Part shown: in pieces, positions 37,329 to 48,838 of the stretch
Layout of the letters: the number at the start of each line of letters is the position of its first letter
How positions within the stretch are numbered: the stretch's first letter is position 1
DNA from: Podarcis gaigeae
Lineage: Eukaryota
Length of the DNA: 64,000 nucleotides
Assembly: GCA_964106915.2 (NCBI GenBank)
Contig: OZ066923.1
Direction: 5' to 3' (one strand)
Translations under genes and position numbers: made by a program
Notes under the pieces: model-generated
Told to the model about the DNA's origin: nothing
Database searches by the model: none
Seen by the model: only the letters and a program-made list of their open reading frames with translations

Positions 37329-38440
37329 AGGTAAAGGTAAGGGTACCCCGGCCCGTACGGGCCAGTCGTGTCCGACTCTGGGGTTGCACGCCCATCTCGC
37401 TTAAGAGGCCGGGAGCCAGCGCTGTCCGCAGACACTTCCGGGTCACGTGGCCAGCGTGACAAGCTGCATCTGGCGAGCCAGCGTAGCACACAGAAACGCC
37501 GTTTACCTTCCCACTAGTAAGCGGTCCCTATTTATCTACTTTTATATGCCTGTTGTCTTTGTCCATGGAGTTTTCTTGGCAGGGATACTGGAGTGGCTTG
37601 CCGGTTCCTGCTCCAGGTGGATCACGTTTGGTCAAAACTCTCCACTATGACCTGTTCATCTTGGGTGCCCTGCTCGGCATAGTTCATAGCTTCTCTGAGT
37701 TCTTCAAGCCCCTTCGCCACGGCAAGGCAGTGATCCATGAAGGGGAAGAAAACTGAAAACTGGGTTAAATGTAAACTCTCTTGCTATTAGGGATATATTC
37801 TCTACTCAGCATGCACCGGCAACTCCCATTCACACGCAATGAGGAAAGAATAATTCCCAAAAGGGTTTTGGTGTTTTTTTTAAGGCTAAGAACCTTTCAT
37901 CGCTGTAAGGAAGATGCACAGAGATGCCTTTGTTTCTATGCGCAGGCAGACATTTGCCAACTTCTTCCCTGGGCCCTGGGAGTCTCCTCATGGTAACTTA
38001 TGGCTTTACCCAATTTTCCTAGAAGTCCCCCTGGTGTGTTTCTAATTGATGATATATGCTGAGACTGAATTAAACAATGCAGGTGGGAAATACAAAATGC
38101 AGTGTTCCAAACTTTTACTTTCATAAATGATGCCAGGTTTTTTTTCATATATACTTTTTGACCAAACTTTTTGACCAAACTTTTTGACCAAACTGCGGGA
38201 GGCAGTGGAGGACAGAGGTGCCTGGCGTTCTCTGGTCCATGGGGTCACGAAGAGTCGGACACGACTAAACGACTAAACAAATTTATCTACTTGCACCTGG
38301 GGGTGCTTTCAAACTGTTAGGTTGGCAAGCGCTGGGACCGAGCAACGGGAGCGCATCCTGCCGCGGGGATTCGAACCGCCGACCTGACGATCAGCAAGTC
38401 CTAGGCGCTGAGGTTTTACTCACAGCACCACCCGCGTCCC
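37329..38440 (-). mobile_element. Full-length Sauria SINE interrupted by a BovB-derived insertion
   Basis: TSD AATACAGATGTA at 37317-37328 and 38442-38453; the two halves rejoin at ATTTATCTACTT. Confidence 0.93.
37542..38280 (+). mobile_element. Chimeric BovB insertion: inverted BovB 5' end + ~400 bp unique DNA + BovB 3' end
   Basis: 12-bp TSD ATTTATCTACTT; 37553-37746(-) matches the BovB 5' region; 38184-38280(+) matches the BovB 3' end at 57433. Confidence 0.85.
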
Positions 38441-39589
38441 TAATACAGATGTATTTCTACTTAAATTTTAGCAATTATTTCTAAAGTTGTACCTATACAT
38501 ATAAATTTAGCATATGCATATTTTCAGGACACCTGGCTGCTCCTCTGATCTCTTTTTGGGTGATGTATTTCCTTTTTTGATGATGATGAAGATGATGTAT
38601 CTGTGGTCACCCTGTAGCAAAGTTTGAATGCGTATGGCCTCTCTACCTCTTTTTATCAAGGAGGGTCTGCAGATGATGCACCAATCTAATTTGATGGAAG
38701 GTGCTTTCTACCACAGATGTTACATAATGTTAATTTGCCTCTACTACCACCAGCCTATTCAGCAGGGCTTTGCCAAATGTAGAGTGTCCCTTGGGAACAC
38801 CCAGGCAGTTTGGCACAAAACAGGCCAACAGAAAATTGATACAAGTCTAGTCCTAATTTCCCTTTTACATAGATTTTCAGTAATTGTATTTGATGGACTA
38901 TATTAAAATGTTGACTTTAATTTTTCTTTAAAATGCCATGCACTGTGCTTGCACCAGTTAATTTTCTGCAGTTGCTGGTGAATCCTCATTTACTTTCCAA
39001 CTTATTGGTATTAGTTCGGTTCCAACTAACCTCAATAAACAATAAACAACACACAGCTAACTCTAAATATAGAGCAGCAGCACAGTTAAAAATACCATTC
39101 CCTTTTTATTATTAGTGCCAATTGTTCTTCGAAATTATGGTGAGGCAGCATACACAAGTATTTTGTGTATGCAGAGATTAATTTCCAATATGCAGGTTCT
39201 CTAGGGATATTTATATTCTTCCAATCAGCGCAGAACTGTCCATCAAAAGTAACAATGTAAATATGTACATTTTAACTTGCTGCTGGAAAGTTTGAGATCT
39301 GGAGGAGTATTTTTTTCCCCTTTAAAAAAAGATATGTAGTAAGACGAACCATATCCTTCAGCACAAATGACCTGTATTTCTAGCTTGGCAGTTCATTATA
39401 ATTTGAAGGAGAGGGTTTGTTGGCCCCAGTGGCTAAGCAACATTAATAGTGAAGGCTTAAAAATTCATGGGTCTGATGAAATCATACTCCCTTGTGTCTG
39501 TTGTGGGCACAAAATGAAGTTATTTCATTGGTGGCAAGGGTGGCAATAGGACAAGTACATAGGAACATGAGCAATGGCTCAAGAGGCTT

Positions 39590-40030
39590 CTAGTGGGAAC
39601 AGGACTGAGAGAAAAGACAAGATGGCGTCCTCTTCCCCACCCCACCTCACAATTCCGCAAAAAAGAGCTGACTAGATGGGCTGCTAAATCTTACTTCATC
39701 CATCAAATCACACCCAAGCGCAGCAGGCTGGCTTTTTTGGGGAGAGGGGAGAGGCTACATGGTGCACATAACTCTGTCCTACAACACTGCTATTCTTCCA
39801 CCCACAATTATTCATGGCCTGAGGGAACCGCATCATTTTGCTCAGTGGTAGGGCTGGTCTTCTGAGTGGGAAGCAAACATCAGCTGGGCTCACGGGCCAA
39901 CCAGCAGGCTTGTCTCATAGTAAATGGGATCAGGCTCCCCCTGAGTTAACATGTGAGGGTGACACCTCCCTGTGGCTATCTGCTTCTATTATGTGGCCTG
40001 AGGGCTTGCAATAAACCACTCCAAGGGTTA
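39590..40030 (+). mobile_element. LTR-like fragment
   Basis: GC-richer segment with AATAAA near 40009 ending in GGGTTACA; 5' boundary uncertain. Confidence 0.3.
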
Positions 40031-40381
40031 CAGTTTGCAATGGAATCAGGTAGACTGAGGTTTGTGGGAGCCGAGGTATCCAAAAATAGCCAAACACCTT
40101 TTTTTTATTTGACTAATTTCATTTACGCCTCGCTTCCCACAAAATATCCTAAGAAATATATCCTATATATACATATCCCATCTGAAGCCTGAAAATACAA
40201 TTACAGACTGGGATAAAAAAAAAAAATCTACTTAAAAGGCTTCCCACTTTTTTTGCCGGGGGTGGGTGGGTGGGTTAAAATGACTCACCAGGAAGATATT
40301 CAGATGGAGCCAAAATAGAAATAAATGGACATTTAAGAGATAAGGGCAATATAGGGACAGGGACATAGGAAGCTGCCTTAT

Positions 40382-40910
40382 GGGCAGGTGCCCAAAGAGG
40401 TGGATGTGTGGGCAGTAGAGGCAGTTGAGGAGGAAGATTCATGAGGAGCCAAGGACTTGTGGGGAGATGTGCCCCCCATGAGGAAGGTACCGGCGGTGGA
40501 AGAGGGGACCCAGGAGGAGAATATTGGGTATCCAGAAATGGGATAAGGAGACTGGAGAAGAGGCATGGCTTTGGAAATCCCTATGTGTCCGCCCCCCCCC
40601 CCCCGCCCCCATTGTCTCTGAGCTCAAGGGGGGGCTTGAAGGCCAGGAAGAGCTAGAGTTGCCATTAAGGAGTAACCATTGAGTGCTTGAGCACACTGCA
40701 TCAGGCAAGGGAGTTTAAGAAGGCAGGAGAGGGTGGGGCCAGGCTGTTGCTTCAACTGTCTGACAGGGAACACAAGCCTGCAGCTAGTTAGCGCGGAGTC
40801 CTGTTATTTTCACTTGCATGTTAGGAGCTGATGTAGCTGAGTGCTTTGCTAATAAAGAACTAAAAATCCAGCCGCTCATCCTCATTGGTCTGGGCATATT
40901 CGGGACATCA
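40382..40910 (+). mobile_element. Solo LTR-like element (5' end missing) with acidic U3 ORF relic, lying within a Squam3 SINE
   Basis: AATAAA at 40851; ends in ACATCA; acidic frame followed by PPLSLSSRGGLK; splits SINE parts 40363-40381 and 40911-41038. Confidence 0.6.
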
Positions 40911-41038
40911 GCTTAGTTTACACAGACTGGTAGTGGCTCTCAGCCAAGAGGGACCTACGCTACAGGCGATGCCTGGAACTGAACCCAGGACCTTCTGCAA
41001 GCCAAGAAAATGCCCTACCTCTGAGCTAAGGCCCTTCC
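40911..41038 (-). mobile_element. Squam3-type SINE (head part)
   Basis: Minus strand GGCCTTAGCTCAGAGGTAG...GAAGGTCCTGGGTTCAGTTCC. Confidence 0.75.
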
Positions 41039-41499
41039 AAAAGGCAGAGCCATTTAGCACTTCCTCTTTGCTCCTCCTGCCTAGTTCTCCTTTTTCTGAA
41101 AACAGCCAAGTTAAACAAAGTGAAAAACAAAACAAAAAAGTCGATGTCATGAGAAACAGAAATGGTTAAAATCTGGGGAGTGGAGAGGTGATGCCATTGC
41201 ATCGTATTATACATATATTCTTCTCCTTTGTTCTAAGTCCAGTCACTTCCCGCCTAGAAAACAGAGCAATAAGATAAATGCTCCAAAAGGAGCATACTTC
41301 TTTAAAAAAAATAAAAAAGAGAAATACACACACACACACAAACACACACACACACGAATTACTTCCATCATTTCTGAACTCTGCCAAGCATTTTTAATAG
41401 ATATGTGCCCTCAGCTCATCTTTTGCATGCTAACAATTTAATCTGAATACCAATATAGACACAAAATAAACGATTGTTTCCTGCCAGAGGTATCTGCCG

Positions 41500-42480
41500 A
41501 AGAAATCTTGGAGTAAAACATTGTCTTTGCAGCTCATTGTGTCTCTAATTAGAGTGGAAGGAGGCAGAATCTTGGTGGTGTCTGTCTGTGTTTAGCATGC
41601 CCCGGAGCTGGGAGCTCTCCTCTGGGTATCAAAGTGCCCTAATTAAATGAGGGGTCCACAATACAGCACTAAACATCAGAGTGAGAGAAAGAGTCCAGTG
41701 TCCTCAGTGCCTTTGAGAATCCATGGCCCACGCTAATTACCCATTGTTGAATCGACTTCCCCATTCTGTGAGAAATGAATGGCTCTTCTTGCCCTCCCTC
41801 CCTCCCCTCCCTCCCCTCCCTCCTCCTCTGCCCACCCTCCCTTCGCCCCCTTATATGTTACCATCTTTGCTTGGGCCGCCTAATTAATCTTATGGAAATC
41901 TCCCGAAGNNNNNNNNNNNNNNNNNNNNNNNNNNNNNNNNNNNNNNNNNNNNNNNNNNNNNNNNNNNNNNNNNNNNNNNNNNNNNNNNNNNNNNNNNNNN
42001 NNNNNNNNNNNNNNNNNNNNNNNNNNNNNNNNNNNNNNNNNNNNNNNNNNNNNNNNNNNNNNNNNNNNNNNNNNNNNNNNNNNNNNNNNNNNNNNNNNNN
42101 NNNNGAAGTCGAGATGCTTTGAAAGAGAACCTTCAAAGATGTCTCCGGATTGTCTTTTATATGCAGCCTCTGCTTTTTAGATATGAGAGATTCTCAATGA
42201 GGGAATATGCAGAGAATGTTTTGCCCCCTCTCTAATTTCAGTGCAACGAGTTAACATTTTATATTTCATTCTGGAAGAAGTTAACCAAATGTCTCCAGGT
42301 TATATCAGTCCTTATTTTGTCTCTCCTTGGTTTTATTTCGTGAGCATTTCACCAAGTAAAGGAGTGATGAAATAAAGCGATTAAAAACTCAACACCCCCC
42401 CCTTTTACCGTAATACTGCTGGTTTGTGTTGGTTTTTTTATTTAATTATTTGTCAGCATTATTCCTGTTTATGTTGACAA
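41500..42480. promoter_or_regulatory. Candidate developmental enhancer (homeodomain/TCF/SOX cluster) spanning a gap
   Basis: Four TAATTA; ATCAAAG, CTTTGAA and TTCAAAG; CATTGT twice plus ACAAT; repeat-free. Confidence 0.55.
41909..42104. other. Assembly gap (196 N)
   Basis: Run of N. Confidence 1.
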
Positions 42481-43666
42481 AACATATGAGCTACAGAGGA
42501 ATATTCCCTCAGAAAAGCCTGATTACTTAAAATGCTGCAATAAGTGGAATGATGCAGGGACTATACTCCTATAAAAAGCAAACCTGATTTCTGAGGAACA
42601 AACTGCACTCTAAAAAAAATTATTATGTCTGCACTTTTGAGTGCCATCTGCACATTCGAGTTTGAGAGAAGCTAATGGTTAGACAATACTTGAGCAGAAA
42701 TTCCTGCGGAAAATGGAAGCAGATGTAACATTTCACCACAGTACAATAAACAAAATTTCCTATGCACAGGAATCTTGTGTATGCCACTGTCCAGTCCAGA
42801 TTTGAAATGGTGTTATATGACATAACAAAATAATGTGACAAAATTATGCAGGGACTGTTAATTAACTTGGTGTAGGTTGCAAAGATAAAATCATATCCAG
42901 CATTATAGTTAATTCCTTGCTCATCGAGGCACTTTGATAGAGATGCATATGTAAAGATACAGTCTTAAAAGCAGGGAACGGGTTAAGTTTACAGCTTTTT
43001 TACATTCTTGCTAGAATCATTGCGGGAATGAATTCGTGTTTTGCCATTTCTCATTCTCATTACAACCTTTGTTACGAGAATGAGGTATTAGGATTTTAAT
43101 GCCTCATATAGCCTGTGAATTATGTTAGTGTGCCTTACTACTTTGACCTTCTAAGTATTCTATAATTTGATTGGCTGGCAATTCCGGTCCAACTCTTGGT
43201 TGACAGCCGTTGTAACCTTTCATGCAAAGGGGGACTGCCAATCCAATCAAACACACAGAATATTTGGGAGGTCAAAATCCATTGTGTACTGTCACTATAG
43301 AGACTTCTAATCTGTCGGACGCCTAAATGTTTTGATATGTAGAAAACAAACAAATCACTCTAAGAAATGGAGATCAAGATAACAAAAAGAAGTCAAACAA
43401 ATGCAAAGCCAGCTTTATTTCCAGCATTTCTTTTCCTTTTCTTTTTTTGTCATAGTCCTTTGACAGATACACGTTAGAGAGAAACTGATAAGAAAAATAA
43501 ACTCTTGTATTATAATGCTGTCAGGATTCTCTCAAATCTCTAATTAAAACTAAAAGGGAAGAAAACGAAACCCTAAGAGGAAAATATGAAGAAAATGAAA
43601 AAAAGATAATGAAGGAAGCTTTCTGCAGTTTATAGGAATGCATGCGTGTTGCATTGCCCAAAGGAG

Positions 43667-43755
43667 TGCAGTGCAATTCTCTGAATGTTTACTCAGAAGT
43701 AAATTCCATTGAGTTACATGGGCTTTATTTGAAATAGCTTTGTAGGGGATTGCAG
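43667..43755. mobile_element. ~90-bp palindromic squamate MITE (TACTCAGAAGTAA family)
   Basis: GCAGTGCAATT...GGATTGCAG; related copies near 23878/24312, 24477-24635 and 28305-28375. Confidence 0.6.
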
Positions 43756-43913
43756 TTGTAGCTAGACATACAGGCCACGCTAGACACCTAGAACTATAGC
43801 CATCTCTTAGGGTAGCAGTTGCTGCTTGTGCTGGAAGCAAGGAAATAGTTATGTAGCACATTTCCCCAACGTAGAACCCAACATGATTTCCAGGTGATTT
43901 CTTTTCTTCCCCC

Positions 43914-44310
43914 CATAATTTTTTAATCGATTTTCATAAGTTTAACAAATTCAATTTAATTTCAATACAGTATTTCCTTAGTGTTTTGACATCCTATCAT
44001 TACTTCCATGATGTTTCTGTTCAAATCCTTTATCTACTGTCTTGAATACAATACTTCCCTCCCCCCGCCGTAAAACACATATCCTACATTGCATTCCTTT
44101 ATCATTCTCATTCCTTTGCTTGTATTTCAAATCCTGCCTGCAATTTCATTTGACTATAGTATTTTCTCAGACAGTCCGAAAATGGTTTCCACTCTTCCAC
44201 AAGCATTTCATCTGTTTGGTCTCTTTATTTTTGCAGTCAATTTCACCATGTCCACATAGTCCAACTTCTTCTTCTTCTAAAACTTCTTCTTTCCATTTCT
44301 ATTTCTACCC
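43914..44310 (-). mobile_element. L1-clade LINE 3' fragment
   Basis: Minus strand DMVKLTAKI..RDQTDEMLVEEWKPFSDCLRK..AGFE, like the squamate L1 ORF2 C-terminus. Confidence 0.7.
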
Positions 44311-45529
44311 CAGACACTGACTTCTTAGCATTAGCAGACAAGTGGTTTCATACAGCTTCAGAGCATATCGTAGTCACTGTTGTGTTGTCTTTGACTCCAC
44401 AGAGGAGTTGGCAACCTCACCAATTCGTTTACAAGGCAATATATAATTCTAGCTTAGGCCTGTAGCAGGGATTCCCCTAGTCCAAGACTGGGGGAACTGT
44501 GGTCCTCCAGAAGCTGTTGAGCTCCCTCACCCGTCAAGTCCAGTCAGCATAGCCAATGGTCAGGGACAGTGGGAGTTATACTCCAGCCAGTAATTTGTGG
44601 AGGGAGGGCTAGAGTCTTCAAGGAGACACCTGACACAGATTTAGTGTGAACAGTTCACCTGCACACGGTGCCAAGCTGAGAGGGCACCACAACAATGACT
44701 TAGAATAGAATGCAAGAGACACGATGCACCAACTTTTGGCAATGCACAGGGTGCCACTGAAATTTGAAAGCCCAAAGTCTGCTACTGGAGACACCACAGG
44801 GTTCGTTTGCTGTCCCTGAACATAACACGGCTGTCGCAGGCGGAAATGTTCATGTGAGGTTCAGCATTTTTATACTGCTTGCGGAACCCTGCCTGCATTA
44901 ATCTTTAGCACTCCTCTGTGAAGTGTGTGGAGGCAGCCAGAAATTCAAGGGAAGAAGAGGAAGAAGGTCCCTTTACCTCCAGGTAGTTTTGTTTTAATAG
45001 TGACGAACTGAACAACCTGAGAAAAGAGTCCAGAGATGTATAATGGAAGATTGGAGAGGCATGCGCTTGGGTCCTGGAGTATGTTTAAGATTGAGATGGG
45101 ATTTGCAACGTATCTTGGACTGCTTTTTGAGGGATTTACAAGGAAAAGCCCATACTGAAATGTGTCAATCAAAAATGTATTTTATCGCAAATATGTACTT
45201 AAATGTGTTTTGCTATCTCAGTGTATGCAGTATTTATCTTAAAACAGGCATTTTTTAAATGCATGGAATGTATTTTGACTTTATAACTGTATCGCAGGGT
45301 TTGGAGATGTGCAGAACCCAAAGTATGCACATCAGCCTGGGAAGTGTGAAATTGGTTAAGTTGGGCTTAAAATTGAGGGCCAGACAAAATTCTCCTCCCT
45401 CTCTTAGTTCTAGTTTCCCAAATTATCCACACTGCAAGTATCTTTTTTCATTTAAGAAAGATAATTTCTTAATGGCTCCAAAGGAAGAGCATGCATGCTA
45501 TTCAGTTCAGTGAAACTTGGTCCTAGATA

Positions 45530-46260
45530 ATTGTCAATTGCCAAAATAAAAATACAATGTAAATTCCATTCCATTTTTCAAATAAAAAAATCCAATTCAA
45601 ATCTTTATCCATCCAGCCCAATTGCAATATAAATTAAAGTGACAATTGTAATAAAGAATTAGAAGGAATGTATGAAATTTCTCACATTAGTCCCCTCCAA
45701 AGACTTGTAGCTAGTTTTTACATATCACCTAACTTATCAGTAATTGTCCATTACAGGAACAGAAGTCTCCCTCTCCACCCAGGTGAAAACTGCAATTACC
45801 ATTTTAAAACAGGATTGGTTTCCCCTTCTTTTTTCTTTCTTTTTTTGCCAACAGCCGGTCACTCACCAGCCGGTCCTCTGGATGTGATTAGCTTTTCACC
45901 TTAGATATTGTTTGAAACGTTTGCTGTTAAATAAAGAGGGAACACCGCCATGTAATAAATTTTATCTGTTCAATAAGATAATCATCCTATTTCATGTCTT
46001 TCTCATTAGAGTGCCTTTCTATCCTTCAGAAATGACCTGCAAGCAAATGAGCAGTCGCGTTACCTGTATATAGACTTTGTGCTTTGCAGTGTTAATCAAA
46101 CATTCCATTTGCCCATCTTTCTGCTCAGGTGCATGATAATGCAAAGCAGTCCGACCAAAGATAGAAAAGTACATCGGGCAGTCAAGTCTGGGTCTTTGAA
46201 AGTCTGCTTCAAGATGGAGGCTCTTGTTTTTGTTTGAAAACAGGCAGACACATTGCTTCA
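45530..46260. promoter_or_regulatory. Candidate conserved non-coding element
   Basis: Repeat-free; repeated CAATTG/TAATTG, TGACA, GTAATAAA (x2) and GATTAG motifs. Confidence 0.4.
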
Positions 46261-46497
46261 TAAGGGACAGTGACGATCCCTGTGTGGGTCACTGCTGATG
46301 TTGCAAGATCACTGGTTGCACAGTCAAAAACACTGCAGTGTAAACTAGCAGATACCTGACTCTTTTGTGCTGTCCCCATTGCTTTCAGTTCTGATTTAGT
46401 ATTATGCTATGAGAAACACTAGAACCAATGACTTTTCATGCCATGCTGAGTGTACAGTAAGATCTTCAAATAAAGCCCTTTCGCCAAGTAGTATTTG

Positions 46498-46890
46498 GTT
46501 TTTTTTTGTTTTTAAATAATTTTTATTGAATGATTTTACGTTACAAAAAAACAATACAACCATACTACCACTAAATATAATTAAGAAATAAAAATTACAT
46601 ACATCAATATTTAGTTTGTTATTCGTTATTTACCGTCTTATTTCCTCCCAAGCATTCCATACAAAAACACACATATGTGCAGACACCCACACACCCACAC
46701 CCACACACAAAATGATAATAATGAAAGTAAATATTTTCGCCTTTTATCTTCCAAAATCTTTTCTTCAACTTTGACTTCCTTTGCATATATTTTATCTTAC
46801 AATCGAATGTACACAAAACAATAAATCTTTCTATATAATTTTTCCAATACATTCTTAAAACATAATAAATCTTTATTTGTTGTCAATCTC
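46498..46890 (-). mobile_element. L1-type 3' fragment with polyA tail
   Basis: TSD GCCAAGT(A/G)GTATTTG at 46483-46497 and 46894-46908; AATAAA plus A tail on the minus strand. Confidence 0.78.
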
Positions 46891-46950
46891 TTTGCCAAGT
46901 GGTATTTGTTGGTCAAGTGTTGTTTAGATACAGTGGAGAATGCTTCTTCC

Positions 46951-47457
46951 TGTCAGGCTTCAGGGAAATCCGATCCTGCCCACGGTGGGCAGCCAAGAAT
47001 TAGATAAACAAGAAGAGTTCTTACCAAGTCTTTTAGTCAATATTCACAGAGAGAGGTGTCTAAATGCAGCCTCTTTGGTAATTGTGTTGCTCCGAGTAAA
47101 GCCCCATCCCCTCCGTCTCTCCTATTATACGTCATCCCTTCGTTGGCTGATCTGTGCTTTCGGCCTCTGAGCTTTCAGTTCTCCTACTTTCATTGCCTGC
47201 TGAGTTCTGGGATGGGGTGGGGTGGGGTCTGGGATGCTTTCTAAAGACAATGAGTCTGTCAGCTGTTTCTCCCCTGGTGGTGCTTCTTCTTCTTCCTGCT
47301 CCTCTCCCAATATCTCCCAGCTTCTCCCCTCTGCAGCCTCTGAAGTGTGACCTTCTGCAAACCACTGTTCTAAATCTACACTGTCTCCCTCTTCTCTGGG
47401 AAGTGCAGGAAGAGGAGGGATGGTCTCCACCATACCTCCTTAGTCCAGTCCCTGACA
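46951..47457 (-). mobile_element. Solo LTR (Gypsy-like) containing an open 102-aa U3 ORF (47125-47433)
   Basis: TGTCAGG...CCTGACA termini; TSD CTTCC/TTTCC; homologous to 2191-2669. Confidence 0.85.
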
Positions 47458-47461
47458 TTTC

Positions 47462-47613
47462 CATAGAATCAGAGAATTGTAGAGTTGGAAAGAACCTTGA
47501 GGTTAATCTAGTACAACCCCCTGCAATGCAGGAATGCTGCCCACAGCTGTCCCTGGGTGGGCTTGAACCACCAATCTTGTGGTCAACAGCCAGACAAAGG
47601 CCCATTGCTCCAC
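47462..47613 (-). mobile_element. tRNA-headed SINE with CR1-type 3' tail
   Basis: CATAGAATC..GAGTTGGAA..ATCTAGT.CAACCCCCTGC tail; GGTTCAAGCCCACCC B-box on the minus strand. Confidence 0.6.
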
Positions 47614-47699
47614 AAAATGTATAATAAGAAGAGCCCTGATATATCAGGCCAAGAGCCCATCCAGTCCAGCATTCTGTTCCCACAATAGCCAACCAGATC

Positions 47700-47975
47700 T
47701 AATCTAACCCTGTCCTGGAGGGCCCTCCTGACCACCCCCCTTGGTCACTCAAGTCTCCTGTCTCTATCATCTCCCAGCTCGTTCCTTCTGCTGACTGCTC
47801 CTCAATGTCCCACCACCAGGTTCCAGGCTCTAAGGTGTCATCTTTGGATTTGTCCCTGGGAGGGCCTTGGGAGACAGGCCTCCACCAGTCTTCTTCATCC
47901 AGCCAGTCTGAGCTGTCCCTGGGTTGTTCTTGAGCTGGTGGCTCCCACCACTTCCCATCCAGCCTGGCCCTGATA
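47700..47975 (-). mobile_element. Truncated LTR of the acidic-U3-ORF group
   Basis: Starts T(A)TCAGGG; open frame WWEPP..WWRPV..WWWDIEEQSAEGTSWEM. Confidence 0.65.
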
Positions 47976-48012
47976 ACAACCTTTACAATATAAGGAGAAA
48001 TAATACGACTTT

Positions 48013-48153
48013 CAGCACCCTTCTCCAACTTGGTGCCCTCCAAATTTTTCTGGACTACAGCTCCATTATCCCTGATCACTGGCCATATTGGCTGGGGATG
48101 GTGGGAGCTGGAGTCCAGCACTATTTAGAGGGGTACCAGGCTAGGGAAACCTG
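48013..48153. mobile_element. hAT-type MITE (GGTGCCCTCCAGATGTT family)
   Basis: Palindromic GGACTACAGCTCC...GGAGCTGGAGTCC body. Confidence 0.7.
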
Positions 48154-48838
48154 TCTTTTACAGGTTTAGCATAAGGTTGAAAGCTAGATAATGCACCTGA
48201 ATTTTTTTGACCACTTGAAAGTGCTATGCAAATGCTAAAAATAAGTGTCAGCCTGTTGAAATCTCTGCTGTACTTTCCTTTGAGGGTCAAGCTGCAATTC
48301 TACATTAGTGGCAGAAGGACAGATACTAAAAATCTTGACAGGTGTTCTGATCACATTTCAAAAAAAGTCACACAAAGATGCTCAGAACCGCTTCCAATTT
48401 AGTATGATGACAACTTCAGCAGGATTTGACCATAAATTAATCCAGCTATCTGAAACAGGGACTATTCTTTTTGCAGAAAGCCTTGTCACAAGTTAAAATT
48501 AAGTCCACTATTCTCTCAGAGCCTCTGGTTTTACAGCCAGGGCGAAAGCAGCGGGTGAATCGGAACAGGAGACAAGGGAAATAACTCTTCTTTCTTTTGT
48601 ATCAGATTAAACTTGCTTAGAACTCTAACTCCTTCTTCATTAACCATTTACATTTATTTTTCACATATTTCTCACACCATTGCATAAAAGAACAAGACTA
48701 TTCCAAATCCTTAGGTGAAGGAAGGTAGTGAAAAACGCAAAGGGGCAAATATTTTGTTGCAAGAAGCATTTACATTGTTATTCACTAGCTCAATTGGTGA
48801 AAAGTTGCACTATTGCCAGATTTAAGTTTCACCTTTAT

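Noticed and set aside
37640-37746. Possible HDV-like ribozyme at the BovB 5' end (CCCCTTC/GAAGGGG pairing on the minus strand)
   Set aside because: I could not assign the P1 G-U pair, P1.1 and J4/2 by eye; it needs a covariance search.
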